A stretch of 64,000 nucleotides of DNA, from contig JBMNHG010000004.1 in NCBI GenBank assembly GCA_050950285.1, positions 62,001 through 126,000 of the forward strand, written 5' to 3'. The position numbers and the translations under genes were made by a program. Shown one piece after another: positions 28,930-38,786 of the stretch; positions within the stretch are counted from its first letter, which is position 1; each line of letters begins with the position of its first letter. The notes below the pieces were generated by a model. The model ran no database searches and had not been told where the DNA came from. It saw nothing but the letters and a program-made list of their open reading frames with translations. Origin of the DNA: Kiritimatiellia bacterium. GTDB lineage: Bacteria > Verrucomicrobiota > Kiritimatiellia > RFP12 > JBMNHG01.

Positions 28930-29813
28930 GCATCGTCTACGGGCTGATGACCGATACCGACGGCCGGCCGGTCGCGGTGCGGGACCAGATCGACCGGCTG
29001 CGCGGCGGCTTCGGCATTGCGCGGTTCGTCTTCGTGGGTGACCGCGGCATGCTGACGAACACGCAGATCGACCGCCTGCAAGGTCGCCAAGCACTTCAGG
29101 CTGGACATCGCCGACAACCGCTTCGGCTGGGAGCGCGACACGGAATCCATCGCCCGCGAGGCCGCCCTGGACGGCATCTGCGTCGTGCGCACCAGCGAGA
29201 CGCCCGAGTCGCTTTCCGCGCCGGACGCGGTGCGCGCATACAAGAGGCTGGGCGACGTCGAACAGGCCTTCAGGACATCCAAGGGTGTCGATCTGCTCGT
29301 CCGCCCGGTCTACCACCGCCTGGAGGACCGTGTGCGCGCGCACGTGTTGCTGTGCATGCTGGCCTATTACGTGGAATGGCACATGCGCCAGGCCCTGGCC
29401 CCGCTGCTCTACGCCGACGAGGAACTGGAAGCCGCCCGCGCCAGCCGCGATCCCGTCGCCAAGGCGCAGCCCTCGGAAAACCTCAAGCGCAAGCGCGCCC
29501 GGAAACGCACGCAGGACGAACTGCGGCTCCGGCGATGGGACGGGCTGCTTGGCGCGCTCTCGACACAGGTGCGCAACACATGCTGTTTCGGAGAAGGCAG
29601 AACCGCCGTGCGCTTTACCCGCGACACGATGCCGAACGCCTTCCAGGCCAAAGCCTTCCAACTGCTCGAGGCGGACCACGCCTGCTGGCGGAACAACAAG
29701 GGCGTTTCCATGTAAGCGGAACGGGAAAATGGCGCCAGAAAGCGCGTAGAACACTTGCCCGCAAGTGGTTGTGCATAAAATGGATGCCGAAAGCCGCTGG
29801 AACTTCGGTCTAG
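28930..29813 (+). mobile_element. IS1634-family remnant: internally deleted transposase (central and C-terminal parts) plus right end
   Basis: IVYGLMTDTDGRPVAV, VGDRGM, KVAKHF, AYKRLGDVEQAFR, VRAHVLLCMLAYYVEWHMR; end AGCCGCTGGAACTTCGGTCTAG. Confidence 0.88.
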
Positions 29814-29848
29814 AAGCCCTTGGATGCACGAACCAAAAGCCGTCACGC

Positions 29849-30158
29849 TGGAGACCGCCGTCCTCGGCGGGTGTCCGTGCTCCGCGAGGACGGCGGTCCC
29901 CAGCGGTGCGGCTCTGGGTTCGCGGGGCGTGGGCGGGGTTGAAGAGAGGTCTGGCCCAAGAGCCTGGGCGCAGGAAGAGGGTAAAAAACCAAGGGCAAGC
30001 CCCAAGGGCGGGATTGCGCGAACCATTCGCCACGAGAAAGAGGCGGCACGCGGCACGCGGGACGCTTGCCCCTCCTTCCGAGGCGCTGCGGCGCGCCGCG
30101 TCCCAAGCGCGGACGAGTGGGCGGAGGCGGCAAAACGCGGCGGGGACGCCGCGTCCAC
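29849..30158. repeat. Cluster of REP-like palindromes
   Basis: Inverted doublet TGGAGACCGCCGTCCTCG / CGAGGACGGCGGTCCCCA (29849-29902); ACGCGGCG-ggga-CGCCGCGT (30135-30154). Confidence 0.65.
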
Positions 30159-30330
30159 TGCGCCGCGCGAAATCGAGGATCGGTCGGATCGGTCGAATCT
30201 TGAAACGTGACAAAGTTCGCGACAAAGCTTTCGAAAAGGGAAAACGAGCGACTGGCGGCTTGAAAGCTGTCAAATCCACCGATGCCCCTATATCACTGTA
30301 AAATTCGCGCTAAACCAATTCGCGCCGGGG

Positions 30331-30360
30331 TTGACAATGCCTCGCTTGTTTTGATAAAAC
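30331..30360 (+). promoter_or_regulatory. Candidate sigma70 promoter for the large exported-protein operon
   Basis: TTGACA-18 bp-TAAAAC with an extended TG, in AT-rich DNA 70 bp upstream of the ATG. Confidence 0.4.
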
Positions 30361-30431
30361 CATGTCATTCAATGGAAAAGCGTTTTGCGTCGTTCCATCG
30401 CCAACCACAATCCATGAAAAGGAATCCGTCT

Positions 30432-33400
30432 ATGAAGCCGATCATTCATCTGTTTTCTCGGAAAGTTGGAAGTTTGAAAGCGTGTCTTCTGATCCTGGGG
30501 CTCGTGCTTGCCGCGGACAGCGCGCAGGCGAAGCTCGTGAACCTGGCCGATTGGATGGAGGCGCGGCTCGGGTCGCGCGCGGCCGTTTACAACGAATGCG
30601 TCTCGGCGACGGGGACGACAAGCGGCTATTCGCCGAACACGCTTTTCGACGGCGTCAGCTATACGCGGTCGTCGGGGACGGGCGTCGAGTGGCATGTGTC
30701 GTCGGGGAACCTCCCGAACGCCTCCGTCACCTTCAAAATCCCCGATTCGGTGGCAGATGCCGACCTGCCGCCGCTGGATCGATACTTGATGCATCGGATG
30801 TGTGTCGACACGTATACATGGCAGGCGTCGCCGACGAAGTGGGCCGTCTTCGGGCGGAATGCCGACGACGAGGACTGGACGGAGATCCAGCGCGTGGACA
30901 ACGGGTTTTTCTTCTGCCGTGAGGGCGATCAGTTTTCGCCGCCCTGCGAGTGCGCGCACGAGAACGAGCTGCCCGGGCGCGTCACATACCGCCAGTACAA
31001 GTTCGAATTCTACAAGACGCGCCAGAGCTACAACTACCATGCGCTGCGCCTCGTCGAGCTCCAGCTCGTCGTGGACGATGGTACGCCAGGAAATGTGTTC
31101 CGTGTGTCGCCGGATGGAACGGGCGACGGGTCGAGCTGGGCGCAAGCGGCGAACCTCCAGACGGCGTTATCAGCGGTCGGCCGCGAGGACGAGATTTGGC
31201 TGAAGGCCGGCGACTACACGCTCGCGCAGGAGCTGACGGCGCCGACGGCATGCGCGATCCGCGGCGGTTTCGCGGGGACGGAAACGTCGCCCGACCAGCG
31301 GACCGGCACGGCGCGTTCCGTCTTCGACGCCACGGCCGTCAACAACGCATTCGTGCTGACGGACACCTCGTTCTGCGACTACACGCTCGAAAACATCGCG
31401 ATCACCAACGCCATCCTCCGGGCGATCAAGATGGGCGCATTCGGGGACAGCAGCGGCATGGTTCCGAAATCCGGCGCGGGGCTGCATGCCACGAACTGCC
31501 TTTTCGCGCACAACGGCACGACGACGACCGAGACGACGGTGCATGGACGCGGGGCGTGGATCTACACGGTAAAGGGCGCACCCGTCACGTTCGTCGATTG
31601 CGTCTTCGACCGCAACCAGAACCTCTACGGCGGCGGGGGACGTGTGGGGGCGCAGAACGGGATGGGCGGCATTGCGATCCACTTCGGCGCGTTGACGCTG
31701 ACGCGCTGCACGTTCACGGACAACGGCATCCGCCAATCGGTGGTGCAGTCTGCCGACGGTCGCGACGGCTCGTCCGGCGCGGCGATTTACGCCGATCATG
31801 CGTCCGTGACGGCGACTGACTGCCTGTTCCGCGGCAACCGCATCGTCAGCAACAACCCGTATCGAGATGGTTCGACCATCCACTTCGGCGGCAATCCGGA
31901 AGGCACGAATACGTTTGTCGGCTGCCGTTTCGTGGGCAACTCCTATGCCCAGTTCGGCCCCAGCCCTTCGCCCACGATCCGCTTCAACCCCGCGCAGTCT
32001 GCAAACGGCGCGGAGCGGATGGCACTCGCGATCGACCGCTGCACGTTCGCCTACAACCTGGGCACGACGTGCGGCGGCGTGCGGATGGACGACGGCGACC
32101 TGCGCGTCCGCAACTCGATCTTTTATGGGAATTTCATGACGACGGCAAGCGGCGTCGCCTCCGACATCGAGCTCGCCGGAAGCGCGTCGACGGCGGACAT
32201 CGACTATTCGCTCTTTGCGAGCGCGGCTTCGATCGGCGGCGCGGGCGCCGCCACGCGCGGGGCGAACCTCGTCTATGGCGATCCGAAGTTCCTGACGCCG
32301 CTGGCGACCGTGCAGCCCCAGGTCCTTTCGACGCCCGTCTCGTACCCGACGCTGACCGCGCCCGGTCGTTTCGCCGCCGACTACGACTTGTCGTTGATCA
32401 ACGTGCATGTGCAGGATCGCCTGTCGCCGGCGATCGACGCCGGTGATCCGGCGGCACCGTATGCGAACGAGCCCGAACCAAACGGCGGGCGCATGAACAT
32501 CGGTTGCTATGCCAACACGGGCGAAGCCGCCATCAGCTCGGAGGCGATGCCGGAGATCACCGCCGCGTCCGTTGCGCTCGGCAACGACTACACGAAGCTG
32601 TTTGCCAACGTAACACTCGCGACGAGCGCCGAGGATTACGTGGCCGATATTCTGCTCTGCTACGGGTACGAAAAGAGCCAGGGCGCGGCCGACGCCGGGT
32701 GGGCCTTTGTCGATACGATCGCGCGCGACGTGCATCCCGGCGCGGCCCTGACGGATCTCCCCGCGAAGCGCTACCTCGAAACGGGGCGGACGATCTACTG
32801 GCGGATCGTCGTGAAAACGGTGAACGCGACCGTGTCGCACGACGGCCCGGCGGCGGGTTTGGCAGTGACGGGCGACCTCCCGCCGCATTGGGGCAAGGGG
32901 CTCGGCGCCGGGTACATCCATGTCCGGGGCGATGCGACCGGCGCCGGAGACGGCACGAGCTGGCTCGACGCGGCGCCGACGATGGCCGAGGCCTACGCGC
33001 TCGTCTCCCCAACGCTCACGAACATCGTCGTAGCCGGCACGGTGCCGGTGCGGGGGGCGTTGTCAACGTTGACGACGCCGGTTTCGATCGTCGGCGGTTT
33101 CACCGGCATGGAAATGACATTTGACGAGCGGACGACCGCGCTGTCGACGATCGACGGCGAGGAGCTCCATGCCTGCCTCGACATCGCCAATGCATCGGGA
33201 TGCACGACGGTCGATGGCATCTGCTTCACGCGGTCGGTCTTCTCGGCGGTGACGAAAACGGGGGCAGGCGACGCCGTGTTCTCGAATTGCCGGTTCTTCG
33301 CCTGCGGGGCACTGACTTCCGCCTGCGCCGGACGGTCGCTCAACGCGGACGGCGCGTCGTCCGCAACGCTCACGATCACCAACTGCGTCTTCGACCGCAA

Positions 33401-34433
33401 CTGGGTGCGCAGCGGCGCTCCGTCCGGTGGAGACGACGTGTTCACGGGGACGGCGGGGAATTTCGCGAACTTCAAGGCGGTCGTGATTTCCGATACGCTC
33501 TACGCGACCAACGGCTTCGAACACACGACGGGCGCGACCAACGGACGCGATTCGACGTCGGCGGGGACGCTCGCGCTCGACAACGCACCGCTGACGATGA
33601 CGGGCTGCCGCTTCATCGGCAACCGCCACACGGTCCACAACGACTTCCGAACGCAGTGCACGATGCTGGTTTCCGGGAATTCGCCGACCGTGCTGAAGAA
33701 CTGCCTTTTCACGGGGAACGCCGGCTACACCTTCGAAGATTCGACGACGCTCCTCCAGAAGACGGGGACGCTGGTTGTCAACCTGAACGCGTCGTCGACG
33801 CCGGTCCAGATCGAAAACTGCACGTTCGCCTACAACCTGGCGAGCCGGGGCGTCTGCTCCGGCGTCCAGGTCTTGAAGGGCGATGTGACGGTCAAGAACT
33901 CGATCCTCTACCGCAACCAGTACAACACGAATTTCGTCGGTTCGACGTTTGGCGGCGACTTGCGCGTCCAGGCGGACGGACGCGCGACGGTGTCGCATTC
34001 GATCCTGACCGGACAGGAGGCGCCGTGGGTCCTCGCGGAAGCGGGGACGCTGACCTGGGGCGACGGCGTCCAGGCGGTCGATCCGCTCTTCGTGACGACG
34101 ACCGCCGACTTCGAGGCCTCCATCGAGAGCCGGGCCTTCACGGGCTACAACACCTCCTCCCCCCTTCCGGGCATGCGCTTCTACACGGCATCGCCGTTCT
34201 TCACGCACCACGTCCTCGGTCGCGGCGGCTATCTCGACGAGGCGACGGGCGAGGTCGTCGAGCTCGGCGCCGTGCCTGAATCGCCGGCGATCGACGCCGG
34301 CGATCCGACATCGGATGCATCGCGCGAGCCGGCGACGACCCGGAAGCCCCGCATCAACCTGGGGTTCTACGGCAATACGCCGTGGGCGACCCGGTACCAC
34401 AATCCGTTTGGCACGACGCTGATCCTCCGATGA
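30432..34433 (+). CDS. Large exported protein: discoidin/F5-8-like N-domain plus two right-handed beta-helix (pectin-lyase-like) modules
   Basis: Signal peptide; two modules each with GDG(S/T)SW, GGFxGxE, repeated NCxFxxN and SPAIDAGDP...R(M/I)N(I/L)GxYxNT. Confidence 0.8.
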   Translation: MKPIIHLFSRKVGSLKACLLILGLVLAADSAQAKLVNLADWMEARLGSRAAVYNECVSATGTTSGYSPNTLFDGVSYTRSSGTGVEWHVSSGNLPNASVTFKIPDSVADADLPPLDRYLMHRMCVDTYTWQASPTKWAVFGRNADDEDWTEIQRVDNGFFFCREGDQFSPPCECAHENELPGRVTYRQYKFEFYKTRQSYNYHALRLVELQLVVDDGTPGNVFRVSPDGTGDGSSWAQAANLQTALSAVGREDEIWLKAGDYTLAQELTAPTACAIRGGFAGTETSPDQRTGTARSVFDATAVNNAFVLTDTSFCDYTLENIAITNAILRAIKMGAFGDSSGMVPKSGAGLHATNCLFAHNGTTTTETTVHGRGAWIYTVKGAPVTFVDCVFDRNQNLYGGGGRVGAQNGMGGIAIHFGALTLTRCTFTDNGIRQSVVQSADGRDGSSGAAIYADHASVTATDCLFRGNRIVSNNPYRDGSTIHFGGNPEGTNTFVGCRFVGNSYAQFGPSPSPTIRFNPAQSANGAERMALAIDRCTFAYNLGTTCGGVRMDDGDLRVRNSIFYGNFMTTASGVASDIELAGSASTADIDYSLFASAASIGGAGAATRGANLVYGDPKFLTPLATVQPQVLSTPVSYPTLTAPGRFAADYDLSLINVHVQDRLSPAIDAGDPAAPYANEPEPNGGRMNIGCYANTGEAAISSEAMPEITAASVALGNDYTKLFANVTLATSAEDYVADILLCYGYEKSQGAADAGWAFVDTIARDVHPGAALTDLPAKRYLETGRTIYWRIVVKTVNATVSHDGPAAGLAVTGDLPPHWGKGLGAGYIHVRGDATGAGDGTSWLDAAPTMAEAYALVSPTLTNIVVAGTVPVRGALSTLTTPVSIVGGFTGMEMTFDERTTALSTIDGEELHACLDIANASGCTTVDGICFTRSVFSAVTKTGAGDAVFSNCRFFACGALTSACAGRSLNADGASSATLTITNCVFDRNWVRSGAPSGGDDVFTGTAGNFANFKAVVISDTLYATNGFEHTTGATNGRDSTSAGTLALDNAPLTMTGCRFIGNRHTVHNDFRTQCTMLVSGNSPTVLKNCLFTGNAGYTFEDSTTLLQKTGTLVVNLNASSTPVQIENCTFAYNLASRGVCSGVQVLKGDVTVKNSILYRNQYNTNFVGSTFGGDLRVQADGRATVSHSILTGQEAPWVLAEAGTLTWGDGVQAVDPLFVTTTADFEASIESRAFTGYNTSSPLPGMRFYTASPFFTHHVLGRGGYLDEATGEVVELGAVPESPAIDAGDPTSDASREPATTRKPRINLGFYGNTPWATRYHNPFGTTLILR

Positions 34434-37400
34434 GGCGGCCGCCCATGAAAGCGGCCGTCGCCTGCCTGCTCGCGGCCGCTAGCGCCGCGAGCGCTGCCGC
34501 CCCTGTCGAACCCGTGGTCGAGCGCGAGCGCGACAGCGCCGACCGCCACGCGATTCTCCGCTGGTACGATTGGGGGAACAAAGGCGAGGACGGGAAATTC
34601 GAGAAATGCGAAGGGCGCCTCGATTACGACATCGACGTGCCGGCGTCGGGCTGGTACGCCCTCGAACAGGTGGGCATGCCGTGCGAATGGGATCGGACGA
34701 TCCTTCTCGACGGCGCGGCCGTGCGCAAGCGGCTCACGACGATCGAGGGCGATCTTCCGCCGGGCGTCCGCAAGGACGCGGCGTGGCGCAAGGAGCTCAA
34801 CCTCTGGATCGAAAGGGGCAGGCACACGCTTTCCTATGAACGAACGGGCTTCCCCGGACATTTCCCCGTGCGCTGGCGGCTCGTGCCTTCGGACGGCACG
34901 GCGCGCGGCACGATCCGCGTCGATCTCGCGGTGGACGCCGTCCGCGCGGGCGACGAGGTTCGTCTGGAGGCGTTGCTGGGGACGGATCGGCCGATGCGCT
35001 ACGAACTCGTCGCGGTCGGGCTTTCGAACGACGAGACGAACACGCTCGCCGTCGTGGAGACGGACGCCGTCCGCGAGCCCGTCCGCCGCACGGTGCGGGC
35101 GACGGCGCCGATGCGGGAAGGCGTCTATCGCGTGACGGTGCGCGAGGACGGCGTCGTCGGCTGGAAGGCCGACACGTCGTCCGCCGACCTCGTCGTCGTC
35201 GCCACGGAGGCGCCCGCGCCCGGCGCGTCGCTCGCGAAGACGCTCGTCGTGGACATCGACTGCGTGGCGACTGCGCCCTACGTCGAGCGCGACGGCGCGA
35301 CGCGCATCGTGGAGGCCGACTTTGGCTCCTACCGCGAGTCGTCCGGGGCGGCGATCCACCCGGAATGGGCGCTCGACGGCTTCAGCTACAACTACCAGAT
35401 TCCCGACATCCACCACACGTATCTGCTGGAAGTGACGTATCCCGACGACAAGTTCCGGTCGGTCGGCTTCTGGTCCAACGACGGCGGCGTGGCGGGCCAG
35501 AAGGGGCAGAGCCGCGACGGGGGGCAAATCCTGACCGGCGGCGTGGAGACGGGCGGGCAGTACCGCAACACGATGACGATGCTCACGCACGAGGCGTTCT
35601 TCTATCCGACGGGCACGAACATCGTCCTCGCCGTCGTCAATCTCAACCGCGGCAGCCGCGCGGCGGCGAGCCGCATCCGCGTCCATCGCATCGACGGCCC
35701 GCTCCCGGCGGCGCCCGAGGGTGCGCGGCGCGGGCGCCTGGCGGGCGGTTTCTTCGAGGAGCACGGGCGCTGGAAGCGCTTCTTCGGCCTGGGGAACGAC
35801 CCGCATCCGAAGGCGTGCGAGACGTTTGAAAACCTGCGGACGATGAATCGCTGGGGCGAGTGGAACCGCTTCGCCGGCGTGAACACGATGTCGCCCGCCG
35901 TCGTCGCCTACGGGACGGTGCTGTATCCTTCGACGGTCATCGACGCCTGGCACGTCAGCGAACAGGACGAACTGCGCATGCTGGCGCTCGTCGCGGAGAA
36001 GTACGGCAACGTCTTCATTCCGCACGTCACGCTTCATCTCGACCAGTCGCTCGATGCGCGCCTGGGCATTTCGATGAAGACCGTGGACGATCCGAAGGCG
36101 AAGGGCGGCAAGCGTTCGGTCCCCGTCTTCGCCGATCCCGATGTCGTCGAATGGTCGAACGACGGCTCGACCGAGATCCCCTGGCGCGCCTGGAGCTACA
36201 ACTGCCTCCATCCAAAGGTGCAGGCGTACCTCATCGACGTCGTCGGCGAGATCGCCGACAGGGTCGGCGACACGAAGAGCTTTGGCGGCGTGTCGCTCCG
36301 CATTCCGCTCTCCTGGCAGTTCTCCGGCATCACCGGCCTCAACAACGCGAAGTACGGCTACGGGGACTGGACGGTGGGCGAATTCTCCAAGGACACGGGC
36401 GTCGCCGTGCCCGGCGAGGCGGGCGATCCGAAGCGGTTCCGCCGGCGCTACGAGTTCCTGATGTCCGACGCGATGCGTCCGACGTGGCTCCAGTGGCGGA
36501 ACGACCGCGTCAAGGACTACTACCGCCGCGTGCGCGCGCGGCTGAATGCGGACGGCGGCGACCGCGAGCTCTACTTCATGTGGTGGGCGTCGTCGCACGC
36601 GGACGACGAGATGAACGAGTGCGGCATCGATCCGGACGGCTGGAAGGACGAACCCGGGATTTCGTTCTATGGCATGCAGTTCTTCTTCGGGCGTCGCTTC
36701 TTCGCGCCGCGTTCGCTCTTCGCCCAGCAGAACCGGCTGTATTCGGAGCGGGTGCTGAAGATGTCCCGCGCGGGGCGGCGGGCGGTCGGCATTTATTCGG
36801 ATTATTACGAGCCGAACAACAAGACGTTCGAGTGGGCCAGGTTCGGCGGGGCGGATTACGTCGCGTTCGACGCGCTCGAACCGGCGGGCGAGTACGAACG
36901 CCAGAATTTTGCCGTGCCGCTCGCGCAGCTCGACGCGGGGGTGTATTTCAGCGGCGGCAACGGCTGGATCTTCGGCACGCCCGCGAAGACGCGCGACTTC
37001 ATGCGCGCGTTCCTCGCGCTGCCGCCCGATCGGTTCGAGCCCGTCCCCGACGCCCCGCAGGATCCCGTGGCCGTGCGCGAATGCGTGACGGACGAAGGGC
37101 GCTTCGTCTATTTCGTCAACGGCATCGACGCGCCGGCCCGCGTCGCGTTCACGCTCGATGGGCGCGGCGAGCTCGTGTCGGCGGCGACCGGCGAGCCGGC
37201 GGCCGCCGACTTCACGCTCGACGCCTTCGGCCTGAAGAGCTTTCTCGTGAAGAAGCCGCGGTTTGGCGCGCCGGCTCGCGTCAGGGACGTGTCGGTCGAA
37301 GTCGATTCCGCCGTGGGCGCGGCCTACGCGCCGCAGGTCGCCGCGATCGACGCGATGCGCCGCCTCGCGGCGGCGCGCAAGATCGGCGTCGAGCTGCGCA

Positions 37401-38755
37401 AGGACATCTACGACGACGCGATGGCCGCGGCGGAACAGGCCGTCCAAGGTGCGGCGGAAGGGAAGTTTCTCCAGGTCGCGGGCGCGGTCTGCAACCCCAA
37501 GCTCGTCTATCTCTACGACCTCGCCGGCCGCTACCCGCCGGGGCTCTTCCAGTCGCCGTCCGGGATCATCGGCGGCTACCCCGCGCCGGCGGCGGACAAG
37601 CCGACGCTCGCGTTCCGCCGCGCATGGGGCGGCGATCCCGAAGAAGGGCCGGCGCCGGGCGCGGCGGTGTGGTCGGCGACGGACGGCACGCGCACCTGGC
37701 TCTCGTTTGCCGCCGGTGCGCGCGGGCAGCTTCGCGAATACGTCGATGGCGCGTACCGACGGAGCGGCGTCCTGACCTGGTTCGGCGATGACGCGTACAA
37801 CACCGGCGACTCGTGGCACGGATACCTGCGCGATCCGGCCTATCTTGAGGGCGGGGCGATCGTCTGGACGAACGGCTTCCTCTATGCGGCGCACGGTTCC
37901 GAGACGCCGAAGTACGACGTCGACGACCACTTCCGGCAGGGCGTAGGCGGGTTTGGCGAGAAAGTCGCCATGCCGCGGCGCCCGGCGCCCGTCCCCGTCG
38001 ATCTCAAGCCGCTGTCCGGGAATTTCGCAACGCCGTCGCAGTTGAAGACCTTTGGCGGCAAGATTTACTTCCAGGGGGCGGACGGCGTTTACACGTTCGA
38101 TCCGGCGGATGGACGCCGCGAGCGCGTCCTGGAGAAAAAGGGCGGCTTCGTCTTCGACGTGACGCCGCAGGGGAAGATCGTCACGGCGCCCGTCACGGGC
38201 GGAAACGGCTGGGAGCAGACGGATCTGCTGGCGGGTGACGACGGTTCGATCATCCGGCGCGTCGATCCGTGGGATCGGCTCAAGTTCGAGAAGGTCGCCG
38301 CCGACGGCGCGACGGAGCCCGTCTTCGATTTCGACTATCGCGACTTCCGCCAGGGCAACCGCTTCGGCTTCTGCCGCGGCGCGGACGGCGTCGTCTACGT
38401 CGCCGGCGCGGGGTCGCGCCGCGTCGCGGCGTTCCGTGCGGACGGTTCGCTCCTGTGGGAGCGGAAGTGGCGTCCGGCGCAGGCGACCGAGCTTGGCGAC
38501 ATCCCGATCCGATGCCCCTCGTCGTGTGCCGTCGACGGGAAGGGGCGGCTCTGGGTCGCCGATTTCGCGGCGGACAAGCTGGTGGCCTTCGACGCGGCGG
38601 ACGGCCGCTTCCTCGGCACGTGGGGCGTTTCCGGGACGGTGGACGACAAGACCGGCTTCGGCTTCAGCGCGATCACGGGGCTCGCCGTGCTCGGCGACAC
38701 GCTCTACGTCCTCGACAGCGGCAACCTGCGGCTCCTTGCCTTCGACTGCCCGTGA
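34430..38755 (+). CDS. Large exported protein with a putative glycoside hydrolase-like TIM barrel and C-terminal NHL/beta-propeller
   Basis: ATGA overlap, signal peptide MKAAVACLLAAASA; YNCLHPKVQ (GHL10-like); C-terminal AVDGKGRLWVAD and LYVLDSGNLRL NHL-type repeats. Confidence 0.72.
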   Translation: MRRPPMKAAVACLLAAASAASAAAPVEPVVERERDSADRHAILRWYDWGNKGEDGKFEKCEGRLDYDIDVPASGWYALEQVGMPCEWDRTILLDGAAVRKRLTTIEGDLPPGVRKDAAWRKELNLWIERGRHTLSYERTGFPGHFPVRWRLVPSDGTARGTIRVDLAVDAVRAGDEVRLEALLGTDRPMRYELVAVGLSNDETNTLAVVETDAVREPVRRTVRATAPMREGVYRVTVREDGVVGWKADTSSADLVVVATEAPAPGASLAKTLVVDIDCVATAPYVERDGATRIVEADFGSYRESSGAAIHPEWALDGFSYNYQIPDIHHTYLLEVTYPDDKFRSVGFWSNDGGVAGQKGQSRDGGQILTGGVETGGQYRNTMTMLTHEAFFYPTGTNIVLAVVNLNRGSRAAASRIRVHRIDGPLPAAPEGARRGRLAGGFFEEHGRWKRFFGLGNDPHPKACETFENLRTMNRWGEWNRFAGVNTMSPAVVAYGTVLYPSTVIDAWHVSEQDELRMLALVAEKYGNVFIPHVTLHLDQSLDARLGISMKTVDDPKAKGGKRSVPVFADPDVVEWSNDGSTEIPWRAWSYNCLHPKVQAYLIDVVGEIADRVGDTKSFGGVSLRIPLSWQFSGITGLNNAKYGYGDWTVGEFSKDTGVAVPGEAGDPKRFRRRYEFLMSDAMRPTWLQWRNDRVKDYYRRVRARLNADGGDRELYFMWWASSHADDEMNECGIDPDGWKDEPGISFYGMQFFFGRRFFAPRSLFAQQNRLYSERVLKMSRAGRRAVGIYSDYYEPNNKTFEWARFGGADYVAFDALEPAGEYERQNFAVPLAQLDAGVYFSGGNGWIFGTPAKTRDFMRAFLALPPDRFEPVPDAPQDPVAVRECVTDEGRFVYFVNGIDAPARVAFTLDGRGELVSAATGEPAAADFTLDAFGLKSFLVKKPRFGAPARVRDVSVEVDSAVGAAYAPQVAAIDAMRRLAAARKIGVELRKDIYDDAMAAAEQAVQGAAEGKFLQVAGAVCNPKLVYLYDLAGRYPPGLFQSPSGIIGGYPAPAADKPTLAFRRAWGGDPEEGPAPGAAVWSATDGTRTWLSFAAGARGQLREYVDGAYRRSGVLTWFGDDAYNTGDSWHGYLRDPAYLEGGAIVWTNGFLYAAHGSETPKYDVDDHFRQGVGGFGEKVAMPRRPAPVPVDLKPLSGNFATPSQLKTFGGKIYFQGADGVYTFDPADGRRERVLEKKGGFVFDVTPQGKIVTAPVTGGNGWEQTDLLAGDDGSIIRRVDPWDRLKFEKVAADGATEPVFDFDYRDFRQGNRFGFCRGADGVVYVAGAGSRRVAAFRADGSLLWERKWRPAQATELGDIPIRCPSSCAVDGKGRLWVADFAADKLVAFDAADGRFLGTWGVSGTVDDKTGFGFSAITGLAVLGDTLYVLDSGNLRLLAFDCP

Positions 38756-38786
38756 CGCCGATCCGTTTCCATCAACACAAGGGACA

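Noticed and set aside
26319..29813. A genuine 1164-aa hydrolase-transposase fusion protein
   Set aside because: The N-terminal part runs through MITE-2, and the C-terminal part arises from a +1 frameshift into a deleted IS1634 remnant, mostly out of frame
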